NCBI GenBank assembly: GCA_041611735.1
Contig: JBFIML010000023.1
Location: 1-64,000 of the forward strand
Length of the DNA stretch: 64,000 nucleotides
Origin: Myxococcota bacterium
GTDB taxonomy: Bacteria; Myxococcota_A; UBA9160; PR03
Direction: 5' to 3'
Every line of letters begins with the position of its first letter. Positions within the stretch are counted from its first letter, which is position 1. The position numbers and the translations under genes were made by a program. Of the stretch, positions 55,667-64,000 are shown one piece after another. The notes beneath the pieces were generated by a model. It was not told the DNA's origin. It saw nothing but the letters and a program-made list of their open reading frames with translations, and did no database searches.

Positions 55667-56569
55667 ATGAGCCCGAAGCCTTCCGACCCGCGCGACGCTC
55701 CGGACCCGTCCCCCGACGCCGAGGAGAGCGAGAACCTGGCGCGCATCCGGGCCAGCGCCAGCCACCAGCGGGCGGACCGGGACCTGGCGCTACTGGCCCG
55801 GGACGAGCTGCGGCCGGTGCGCCTGCAGCTCGAATACCTGAAGCCCCAGCTCATCCTGGAGGATCTGGGGGTCCGCCACGCGATCGTCGTCTTCGGGAGC
55901 ACCCGGTTGGTGGATCCCGACGCAGCGCGACGCCGTCTGGAACGGGCCCGCGAACGGCTGGCTCGCGCTCCCGACGACCCGGTCCTGCTGCGCGCCGTCG
56001 CCGTGGCCGAGCGTCTGCTCTCCCGCAGCCATTACTACGAGATCGCGCGCGAGTTCGGGCAGCTGGTGGGGCGCGCGGGGCGGGGGCCAACCGACAACCG
56101 GGTCGTCGTGATGACCGGGGGCGGTCCGGGCCTCATGGAAGCCGCGAACCGCGGCGCGTGGGACGTGGGCGCGGCCTCCGTGGGCCTCAACATCACGCTG
56201 CCCCGGGAGCAGCGTCCCAACCCCTACCTGTCACCGGCTCTGAGCTTCCAGTTCCGCTACTTCGCCCTGCGCAAGATGCACTTCATGCTGCGGGCGCGGG
56301 CGCTCGTGGCCTTCCCCGGTGGCTACGGCACCTTCGACGAGATCTTCGAGACCCTCACCCTGGTCCAGACGGGCAAGCGGGAGCGCCTCCCGGTGATCCT
56401 GGTGGGCGAGGAGTACTGGCGCCGGGCGGTGGACTTCGACTTCCTGGCCTCGGAGGGCATGGTCGACGCAGGCGACCTCGAGCTCTTCAGTTTCGCCGAG
56501 TCGGCGACCGAGATCTGGAGCGCCATCCTGCGCTGGTACGAGGACGCCGGCCGCTCGATCCTGGAGTGA
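55667..56569 (+). CDS. LOG family protein (TIGR00730-like)
   Basis: VFGS, TGGGPGLMEAANRG, YFALRK and PGGYGTFDE. Confidence 0.9.
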   Translation: MSPKPSDPRDAPDPSPDAEESENLARIRASASHQRADRDLALLARDELRPVRLQLEYLKPQLILEDLGVRHAIVVFGSTRLVDPDAARRRLERARERLARAPDDPVLLRAVAVAERLLSRSHYYEIAREFGQLVGRAGRGPTDNRVVVMTGGGPGLMEAANRGAWDVGAASVGLNITLPREQRPNPYLSPALSFQFRYFALRKMHFMLRARALVAFPGGYGTFDEIFETLTLVQTGKRERLPVILVGEEYWRRAVDFDFLASEGMVDAGDLELFSFAESATEIWSAILRWYEDAGRSILE

Positions 56570-56574
56570 GCGTC

Positions 56575-57570
56575 CTAGCCGAGCGAGAGCCACAGGCGCA
56601 GCAGGTGGCGTCGCCGGCCGGTCTCCGGATGGTCCTGATAGGCCGTGCGGGCATGCAGCACCACGTGATTGGAGACGAGCTGGACGTCGCCGGGCTCGAA
56701 TTGCATGTCGAGACGCAGCTCCGGCGAGCTCGCGATCTCCTCGTAGAGATCGAGCAGCATGCGCTCCTCCGGGCTGAAGCGGGGCACCTCCGGGTGCCGC
56801 TCGACGGACCGGAAGTAGTCGCTGTGGTAGAAGGTGCGCAGCCGGCCCGCGCCGAAACGGCACGGGGGCACGGGCAGGTAGGGGCGGCGGCCCTCGCCCT
56901 GCTCGTTGCGGGTGTCGAGCAGGAAGGGCTCGTAGAGCCGATCCACCAGGTCGGGGCGCCGGGCCAGGAGCTCGTTGTAGACCGAGACCGAGCTCACGAT
57001 GCGGCTCGCGCCGCCCGTCCTGGGCGTACGCAGACACAGCAGCCCCACCGCGTCCGCCAGATCGCAGTGCCAGGCAATGTCGCCGGCGGTGCGGTAGCGC
57101 CGCACGTGGGGGTGGCTCGCCTCCTCCCCGGTGTCGGTCACGTGGCCGAGCAGCTCGCCGGCGGGGTTCTGGGCACCGGGCGTTCCCAGGTGCTGCCCCA
57201 GTCCCCAGAAGACGAGCGACGCGTCTTCGTCCCCCCAGCGCTCCACCGGGAGCCCGCGCACCAGCAGGAAGCCGCGTCCCTCCGCGAGCTCGCGGCTCCA
57301 GTCCTCGATGCGGGGCGCAAGCGTCGGCAGGGGAAAGTGCTCGCGCCGCACGTCGCCCAGACGCAGGCCCCGGACGCGCACGGCCTGGCGCGCCGCCTCG
57401 AGCTCCTCGATATCCGCGGCCGAGAGCGGGAAAATCCAGTCGGTCTGCCGCGCCAGCTCGGCGCCCCGCCAGGCGACCGGCCCGCCCAGCGGCTCGCGCG
57501 CGATCCCCTCGTGATCGCGCTTGAAGTAGTGCAGGGCCTGGGCCGCAAAGCTCAGGTACGCGTCGGCCAT
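56575..57570 (-). CDS. TauD/TfdA-family Fe(II)/2-oxoglutarate dioxygenase
   Basis: WHCD (HxD), VGLLCL, HARTAY and RHLLRLWL. Confidence 0.88.
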   Translation of the reverse strand: MADAYLSFAAQALHYFKRDHEGIAREPLGGPVAWRGAELARQTDWIFPLSAADIEELEAARQAVRVRGLRLGDVRREHFPLPTLAPRIEDWSRELAEGRGFLLVRGLPVERWGDEDASLVFWGLGQHLGTPGAQNPAGELLGHVTDTGEEASHPHVRRYRTAGDIAWHCDLADAVGLLCLRTPRTGGASRIVSSVSVYNELLARRPDLVDRLYEPFLLDTRNEQGEGRRPYLPVPPCRFGAGRLRTFYHSDYFRSVERHPEVPRFSPEERMLLDLYEEIASSPELRLDMQFEPGDVQLVSNHVVLHARTAYQDHPETGRRRHLLRLWLSLG

Positions 57571-57629
57571 CGGCTCGGGAGTCTAACGGGCCCGCCGCCC
57601 GACGCGTCCCGCCCCTGGCAGTGGCCTCG

Positions 57630-59768
57630 TCAAGGCCGCCACGCGGGCGAGCGGGGGCTAGGAGCGGGCATTCCGGCGCGCAACAGCGCCTCGCACTCCT
57701 CGGCGGGCAGGGGACGGCTGAAGGCGAAGCCCTGGATCTCGTCGCAGCCGTGGTCCCGCAGGAACTCCCACTCCTCCTCGCTCTCCACTCCCTCTGCAAC
57801 GACCCGCAGCCCGAGGCTCCACGCCAGCGAGATGATGGCGACGGTGAGACTGCGCGCGGTCTCGTCGCTGGAGAGGTCCTTCACGAAGGCGCGGTCGATC
57901 TTGATGCAGTCGATCGGGAGCTGCCGCAGGTACTGGAGTGAGGAATAACCGGTTCCGAAGTCGTCCACCGCGACGCTGAGACCCCGATCGCGCAGGGCCC
58001 GCAGCGTGGCGGTGGCCGTGGACTCCTCCAGCAGGCATCCCTCGGTGATCTCCAGCTCGATCTCCTCGGGCCGGGCGCCTGCTTCGTGGATGGTGGAGAT
58101 CACGGAACGCACGAAGTCGGGGCTACGGAACTGCCGGGGCGAAACATTGACGGCCACTCGTCCCGGCGCGATGCCCTGCCGACGCCAGGCGGCGATCTGG
58201 GCGGAGGCGGTCCGGAGCGCCCAGCGGCCGATGGGAACGATCAGGTCGCTGTTCTCGGCGATCGGCACGAACTGGCTCGGCGGGACGGCTCCGAGCTCGG
58301 GATCGTTCCAGCGGATCAGCGCCTCGACCCCCGTCACGCGCCGGGTGCCGGCGTCCACCTTCGGCTGATAGTGGAGCGTCAGGTGATCCTGCTGCAACGC
58401 CCCGCGCAGGCGGGTCTCCAGGATCAGTGTCGCATAGGCCTCCCGATTCCGACTCTCCGCGTGGAACTGGTAGTGGTTGCGGCTGCGATCCTTGGCGTGG
58501 TGCATGGCCTCCACGGCCTGCTGCAACAGGACTTCGGCATTGGACCCGTCGCCCGGGCCGATCGCGATCCCGATCGATGCCGTGACGACGGTGGGTTGAT
58601 CGTCGATCCGGAAGGGACGCGCGATCGCATCGAGAATGCGCCGCGACGCGAGGGCGGCGGCGCTCTCGCTCGACAGTTCGGGGATCAGGATCGTGAACTC
58701 GTCGCCGGAGACGCGGGCGAGGGTGGGCAGCGAAGCGCCGTCGGATACCTCGGAGAGCCATGCCTCCACCGAGGCCGTCAGGCGCTGCGCCACGCCCCGC
58801 AGCACCTCGTCGCCGGCGAAGCGGCCGAAGGCCTCGTTGATGCGGCGGAAGCCGTCGAGACCCAGGTGCAGGACGGCAAACGGGCTCGGGCGTCGCGACG
58901 CGCGTGCCACCATGCGCCTCAGGGTGTCCTCCAGGAGCGCCCGGCTGGCGAGACCCGTCAGGCGGTCCAGCTGGAAGCCGGCTACCGCTTGCTGCCGTCC
59001 TTCCCGAGCGCGGCGGTCGATGGAGACGCCACGCACGCCGAGCACCTCGCCGTCTTCGTCCAGGACGAGATTGGCACGGGAATCGAGCGGCCGTGGGGCG
59101 GCGTCCGCCGCGACCACGCGGTGGTCGAGGGCCAGGGGCGGCCCTCCCTCCAGCATGGCGCGCCACGCGTCGGCGAAGGCGAGGCGGTCCTCCGGATGGA
59201 TGCGATCCTGCACCTCCGTCAGGAACGGCCGCTCGCGCTTCGAGCCGAAGCCGAGCAGATTTCGCGCCGGCTCGGACAGGCTGAAGCGCCCGGTCGCGAG
59301 GTCGAACTCCCAGGTCCCGAGACCGGCCAGGCGGTGGACCTCAGCGACCCGCTGCGCCATCTCCTGCTGGGTGCGCCGCTCATGGGCCGTGCGCAGCAGC
59401 GCCCGCAGCCGGTGGGGGAACAACGGGCCGTCCGGCGCCCCGACCTCCGCGGCCCCGGCACGCAGCAGGGCATCGAGGACCTCGGCGTCGGTGGAGCTCG
59501 TCGCCACGGCGATCGGCACGCCCTCCCCGCAGCGTTCGCGCAGCTGCTCCACGAGGGCGGGCCCCGCCGGGCCGCCCTCCGCGTCCGCGACCACGACGAG
59601 CTCGAGCGCGGCGTCGAGCCGCTCGCGAGGGGTGGGGACGCGGGCGGCCTCCCGCACCGCGAGGCCCTCCCGCTCCAGGAGCCGGCGCAGGAGACGGCGC
59701 GCCGCCGGGGCCCCGCCCACCACCAGGGCGGAGGGTCGCTTGGAGCTGCGCTCCTCGGGATCCGCCAC
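57630..59768 (-). CDS. REC-PAS-GGDEF-EAL signalling protein
   Basis: Degenerate receiver domain, PAS (IHPED), D.LTGL, SGDEF, YQP, EALIRW, ELEITE, DDFGTGYSSL, AEGVE and QGF. Confidence 0.9.
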   Translation of the reverse strand: MADPEERSSKRPSALVVGGAPAARRLLRRLLEREGLAVREAARVPTPRERLDAALELVVVADAEGGPAGPALVEQLRERCGEGVPIAVATSSTDAEVLDALLRAGAAEVGAPDGPLFPHRLRALLRTAHERRTQQEMAQRVAEVHRLAGLGTWEFDLATGRFSLSEPARNLLGFGSKRERPFLTEVQDRIHPEDRLAFADAWRAMLEGGPPLALDHRVVAADAAPRPLDSRANLVLDEDGEVLGVRGVSIDRRAREGRQQAVAGFQLDRLTGLASRALLEDTLRRMVARASRRPSPFAVLHLGLDGFRRINEAFGRFAGDEVLRGVAQRLTASVEAWLSEVSDGASLPTLARVSGDEFTILIPELSSESAAALASRRILDAIARPFRIDDQPTVVTASIGIAIGPGDGSNAEVLLQQAVEAMHHAKDRSRNHYQFHAESRNREAYATLILETRLRGALQQDHLTLHYQPKVDAGTRRVTGVEALIRWNDPELGAVPPSQFVPIAENSDLIVPIGRWALRTASAQIAAWRRQGIAPGRVAVNVSPRQFRSPDFVRSVISTIHEAGARPEEIELEITEGCLLEESTATATLRALRDRGLSVAVDDFGTGYSSLQYLRQLPIDCIKIDRAFVKDLSSDETARSLTVAIISLAWSLGLRVVAEGVESEEEWEFLRDHGCDEIQGFAFSRPLPAEECEALLRAGMPAPSPRSPAWRP

Positions 59769-59878
59769 ACCCTACGGTTCGGCCTGGCACGGGGGACCCT
59801 GAAGGGGCGGGATCCGGAGCTGGCCCGCAGGAGGCTGGGCGTGGCCGGGAACCCCTTCCGGGAGAGGGTGAACCGGCC

Positions 59879-61072
59879 CTAGACGATCCCCCGCTCGGCC
59901 AGGCGCGCGAGCTCGCCCGAGCCCAGGCCGATCTCCGCGAAGACCTCGGCGTTGTGCTCGCCCAGGGCGGGAGCCAGAGCCCGCAGCCGGGGCTCCGCGT
60001 CCGAGAACCGCAGCGGATTGCCGTGGAAGACGACCTCCCCGAGCTGCGGGTGGCGGTGGCGCTCGAGCATGCCGCGGGCCTGGAGCTGCGGATCGTCCGC
60101 CAGCTCGTCCGGGCTCGCCACCCGGGCGCAGGGGAGATCGGCGCCCTGCGGCCCGAGCGCCGCCAGCACCTCGGCACAGCTCTGCTCGCGCACCCAGTCC
60201 GCCACGATCCCGTTGATCTCCCGCCGGTTCGCGGCACGCCCGCGGTGGCTGCGGAAACGCTCGTCGGCGGCCAGCTGCCGGCGACCCATCGCATCGCACA
60301 GCGCCCGGAACAGCTTGTTGCTGGCGGTCCCGATCACCACCCAGCCGTCGCGGGCCTGGAAACAGTCGTAGGGCGCCGTGAACGGGTGCTGGTTCCCGGT
60401 CCGCTCGGCGCGCATCCCCAGTCCCTGGGCGATGCTGACCCAGGAGTCGGTGATGGCGAAGATGGCGTCCTGGTTGGAGAGGTCGAGCACGCGCCCGCGG
60501 CCAGTCCGGTCGCGCTCGCGCAGGGCCGCCACCACGCCGAGGGCCAGGTAGAGGCCCCCCACGAAGTCGGCGAGGGCGCCACCGCCCCGCACCGGTGGGC
60601 CGTCGGGAAAGCCGGTCATGCCCATGAAGCCGCCGCTCGCCTGGGCCACGATGTCGTAGGAGGCCTGGCCCGCGCGGGGCCCGGTAGCGCCGAAGCCCGA
60701 GAGCGAGGCCACCACCAGGCGCGCATTGGCGGTCTGGAGCACGTCGGGGCCGAGCCCCTGGGCGGCCAGCCAGCCGCTGCGGAAGTTCTCCACCACCGCA
60801 TCGGCGCGGAGCGCGAGGCGCAGGAAGACCTCGCGCCCCTCGGGTCGCCGCACGTCCAGGGTCACCGAGCGCTTGCCGCGGTTGGTGTTCTGGAACGAGA
60901 GGGAGGTGTGCCCCTTCTGCGAGGGGCCGTAGCGGTAGTCGTCGCCGCTGCCAGGGCGCTCCACCTTGACGACGTCGGCGCCGAGGTCGGCCAGGATGGC
61001 CGTCGCAAAGGGACCTGCCACCACGCGCGTGAGATCGAGGATGCGGACTCCGTCGAGGACGCGACCGGACAC
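59879..61072 (-). CDS. CaiB/BaiF (class III) CoA transferase
   Basis: LDGVRILDL, LADLGADVVKVE, NRGKRS, ENFR, SGFG and APALGEHN. Confidence 0.92.
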   Translation of the reverse strand: MSGRVLDGVRILDLTRVVAGPFATAILADLGADVVKVERPGSGDDYRYGPSQKGHTSLSFQNTNRGKRSVTLDVRRPEGREVFLRLALRADAVVENFRSGWLAAQGLGPDVLQTANARLVVASLSGFGATGPRAGQASYDIVAQASGGFMGMTGFPDGPPVRGGGALADFVGGLYLALGVVAALRERDRTGRGRVLDLSNQDAIFAITDSWVSIAQGLGMRAERTGNQHPFTAPYDCFQARDGWVVIGTASNKLFRALCDAMGRRQLAADERFRSHRGRAANRREINGIVADWVREQSCAEVLAALGPQGADLPCARVASPDELADDPQLQARGMLERHRHPQLGEVVFHGNPLRFSDAEPRLRALAPALGEHNAEVFAEIGLGSGELARLAERGIV

Positions 61073-61199
61073 GGCCGGGCAACTTAGCAGCTCTCGGGGA
61101 CGTTTCTTGACGAATCGACTTTCTTGGAGCTACTACCCCTGGCCAGGCGTTCCCCGCGGAGAAGTCCACCGTCGAGAACGTCCCCACAGGAGTCGACCC

Positions 61200-61769
61200 G
61201 TGCCCCGTATCGCGAGCCTGTTTCTCCTCTGCGTCCTCGGCGTGGCCTTCTCCGCCGCGGCCGAGCCCTATGCCGTGGGAAGCCGCCTCCCCGCCCTCAC
61301 CCTGCCCGACCAGCACGGCGAGGCCCGGCGCGTGGACGAGTCCACGCGCGTGGTGCTCTTCAGCCGGGAGATGAAGGGGGGTGGTGTGATCCGCAAGGCC
61401 CTCGAAGTGGACGGGCCGGCGCTCCTCGAAGGCGCCGGGGCCGTCTACGTGGCCGACGTGAGCCGCATGCCCGGGATCATCCGCAGCGTGATCGCCAAGC
61501 CGCGCATGCGGCGCCGCCCCTACCCCATGCTGCTGGACGAGGAGGGCTCTGCCAGCGCCGACTTCCCGGCCCGCGAGGGCCAGGCGACCCTGCTGCGACT
61601 CGAGGGGCTGCGGGTGACCGGTGTGCAGTACTTCGACTCGCCTGAGGCGCTTCGCCAGGCGCTGGCCGGCGGAGGGGAACGTTCCGGAACGTCCCCCTCC
61701 GGTCGCCCGAGCACCGGGTTGGTGCTAGAACCCTGCTCGACCTCGATCCCGGGGGGAAGCCGAGGATGA
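61200..61769 (+). CDS. Secreted hypothetical protein, thioredoxin-like fold without catalytic Cys
   Basis: Signal peptide; LTLPDQHG, VADVSRMP and YPMLLD. Confidence 0.6.
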   Translation: MPRIASLFLLCVLGVAFSAAAEPYAVGSRLPALTLPDQHGEARRVDESTRVVLFSREMKGGGVIRKALEVDGPALLEGAGAVYVADVSRMPGIIRSVIAKPRMRRRPYPMLLDEEGSASADFPAREGQATLLRLEGLRVTGVQYFDSPEALRQALAGGGERSGTSPSGRPSTGLVLEPCSTSIPGGSRG

Positions 61770-62257
61770 GCGCGATCGATGGCTACCTCCGCAACAACGC
61801 GAAGTATGCGGCCAGTTTCTCCAAGGGGGACCTGCCACTGCCTCCGGCCAAGAAGATTGCGATCGTCGCGTGCATGGATGCTCGCCTGGAAATGGGTTCC
61901 CTGCTCGGCCTGAAGGAGGGGGAAGCTCACGTGATCCGAAACGCTGGAGGCGTCGTCACGGACGACGTGATCCGTTCGCTCACGATCTCCCAGCGCCTGC
62001 TGGAGACCCGCGAGATCATGCTGATCCACCACACGGATTGTGGAATGCTGACCTTCACGGACGCCGACTTGAAGCAGGCGATCGAGAAGGAAACCGGAAT
62101 CCGACCGCCCTTCGCCATGGAGACGTTCTCCGAACTCGAGGGCGACGTCCGGCAATCGATCGCGCGCATCCAGGCAAGCCCGTTCGTGGTGCACAAGGAC
62201 AGGATCCGTGGCTTCGTGTACGAGGTCGAGACAGGGCGTTTGCGCGAGGTGAAGTAG
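61766..62257 (+). CDS. Beta-class carbonic anhydrase
   Basis: CMDAR, IRNAGG, HHTDCG and GFVYEVETG. Confidence 0.92.
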   Translation: MSAIDGYLRNNAKYAASFSKGDLPLPPAKKIAIVACMDARLEMGSLLGLKEGEAHVIRNAGGVVTDDVIRSLTISQRLLETREIMLIHHTDCGMLTFTDADLKQAIEKETGIRPPFAMETFSELEGDVRQSIARIQASPFVVHKDRIRGFVYEVETGRLREVK

Positions 62258-62303
62258 GCAGACTCGGAGGCAGGCGGCCTTCCGGAGCCTGGGGCGGCAG
62301 GAT

Positions 62304-63551
62304 TTGTTCTTCCAGTCTACACTTCGCGTCGCCCTCGCGCTGCCGTGGTGGGTCGGCCCGGTCGCTGTGAGTGCGGGGTTCCTGCCCTTCACCTTCTATG
62401 TGGGCGGGAGGTTCCCGGGCGAGTTCCTGCTGCGTCCGCTCAGCCTGGGCACGGAGCAGGGCGTCGGCACCTGGTGGTCGGGTATCCTGCTGCTGCTCCT
62501 GGCCCTCCTGGCGAGATCCGTTGCGGGAGGCCTGCGCAGCCGAGATCCGATGGCGGCCCGCGGGCTCGGGGGTCTCGCCCTGGTGGGCCTGCTGCTGTTC
62601 GCGGACGAGATCGGCTCGGTGCACGAGCGTGCCGAGCTCATCGTTCCCCTGCCGGGCGAGCTGGCGTTGCTTCCCTTCGCCCTCGGCGGTGGCCTGCTCG
62701 TCGCCTACAGCGTCTTGCTGCTGGCTCGGCGGCGCGAAGGCACCGGTGGGGCCCATTGGCTGGTGTGCGCGGCCTTTGGGCTCTTTGCGGTGGTCTACCT
62801 GCTCGAGCGCGCGGAGCACGAGCTCGTCTGGGCTCCGGGCCCGGGACGTGCCCTCCGCCTGGCGCTGGAAGAGGGTCTGGAGCTCGCCGGCATGCTGCTG
62901 CTGATCGGCGCCGTGGTCCGGGTGCAGCGCTCGGCCGGCGTCTTCCGAGGGAACCTCGCCACCCTGCTGCCATCCCGGGAAGCGCTGCTCTGGCTGACTC
63001 GGATCTGCGTGGTCGCGTCCCTGCCGGCCCTGGCGCTGCGTTCCATGTGGAGCGCCGAGCAGCTGCGCATTCCGGACAGGGGGGACTTCGGAACGATGAT
63101 CCCGGTGGCGCTCCTGATTGTCGCCGCCCTGCTGTCGGTGCGGGCGGGAATCCTGGATCGGCGTCACCGGACGGCGTGGTCGGCGCTCGCCGCGGCGTCC
63201 ATCCTGGCCTCGATCGACCTGCAGTGCCACCTCGCACACTACCTCTGGCACCAGTGGCCCGAGTTCCGGTGGCGGAGCGACTTCGGCCTGCTCTGGTCGA
63301 CACCGTTGCTGATCCTGGCCGCGCTCCAAGTCCTTCCCCGCTCGGCGCTGGGCGGGCTGGCTCTCGGGTACCTGCTGGTGGTCGCCACGGTGCTCGCCGA
63401 CGCGGCGCTCCTGGCCCTGGTCACTCCCTACCCGATCGCCTTCGGCCTGATCTATGCGGTGACCCGGGCGGACACAGCGGCTGGCGCGGGCGGGCCCGCG
63501 GTGGAGCTTAGCGGCCCTGGGGAGCACGCAGGACGTCCGCCTGCCGCTTGA
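62304..63551 (+). CDS. Hypothetical multi-pass membrane protein
   Basis: About 12 hydrophobic segments; DE..SVHE and LEEGLE motifs; start uncertain. Confidence 0.6.
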   Translation: MFFQSTLRVALALPWWVGPVAVSAGFLPFTFYVGGRFPGEFLLRPLSLGTEQGVGTWWSGILLLLLALLARSVAGGLRSRDPMAARGLGGLALVGLLLFADEIGSVHERAELIVPLPGELALLPFALGGGLLVAYSVLLLARRREGTGGAHWLVCAAFGLFAVVYLLERAEHELVWAPGPGRALRLALEEGLELAGMLLLIGAVVRVQRSAGVFRGNLATLLPSREALLWLTRICVVASLPALALRSMWSAEQLRIPDRGDFGTMIPVALLIVAALLSVRAGILDRRHRTAWSALAAASILASIDLQCHLAHYLWHQWPEFRWRSDFGLLWSTPLLILAALQVLPRSALGGLALGYLLVVATVLADAALLALVTPYPIAFGLIYAVTRADTAAGAGGPAVELSGPGEHAGRPPAA

Positions 63552-63572
63552 CCTTTCGACCCGGGTCGGGCC

Positions 63573-63998
63573 CTAGGCGACCACCCGCGGCACGCGCCGC
63601 GCGAGGCTCGTCACGATCTCGTAGTTGATGGTGCCGAGCCTCTCGGCGAGCTCGTCGGCGGTCACCTCGGCATCCTCCTGGCGACCGATCAGCACCACCT
63701 CGTCGCCGAGGGCGACGCGGCCACGCAGCGCGGTCACGTCCACCAGGCTCTGGTCCATGGAGATGCGTCCGACCTGCGGGCAGCGCTGCCCGTGCACCAG
63801 CACCTCGAAGCGGTTGGAGAGGTTGCGGTGGAGCCCGTCCCCGTAGCCCACGGGAAGGGTGGCCACGAGCGTGGGCCGCCCGGTGTGGAAGCCGTGCCCG
63901 TAGCTCAGCCCGGTCCCCGCCGGGACCTCCTTCAGGAACGTGATGCGCGTCTTCCACTCGAGCACGGGCTCGAGCTCGGCGACGCGTGGGCTCGCCAG
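63573..63998 (-). CDS. alr: Alanine racemase, C-terminal part (truncated by window edge)
   Basis: SYG, PVGYGDG, GRISMDQ and GTINYEIV. Confidence 0.9.
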   Translation of the reverse strand: MASPRVAELEPVLEWKTRITFLKEVPAGTGLSYGHGFHTGRPTLVATLPVGYGDGLHRNLSNRFEVLVHGQRCPQVGRISMDQSLVDVTALRGRVALGDEVVLIGRQEDAEVTADELAERLGTINYEIVTSLARRVPRVVA

Positions 63999-64000
63999 GG

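Overview
A very GC-rich (about 70-75% by eye), gene-dense stretch of bacterial chromosome with about 60 CDSs. I saw no rRNA, tRNA, CRISPR array or mobile element. The OmpA/Pal lipoproteins, PEP-CTERM protein and sigma-54 promoter indicate a diderm; a Myxococcota/deltaproteobacterial lineage is a guess. Content is mostly metabolism and envelope: argD, a badH/badI-like pair, a DnaQ-DinG fusion, a TPP enzyme, pal, ggt, an mscL/ompA/BON/HerA-ATPase/DUF4332/TM-helix cluster, thiI, an ECF sigma/anti-sigma/DUF3106 operon, sppA, a thiolase-like protein, ppc, a RluA synthase, cimA, glcDEF, a GGDEF-EAL protein, carbonic anhydrase and a truncated alr. The strongest hidden signal is a GrdB/PrdB-family gene (4229-5002, minus) that the ORF track splits in two. 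It has an in-frame UGA in a U-P-M-C (UxxC) motif followed by a SECIS-like hairpin, so it is probably a selenoprotein, with no glycine/proline reductase partners in the window. Other signals: a candidate leader-peptide attenuator upstream of citramalate synthase, a sigma-54/IHF/enhancer promoter driving an unusual PEP-CTERM protein, a Cys-less thiolase fused to an OB-like domain, and a pair of unknown helical lipoproteins. Product calls come from motif recognition; no database search was run.
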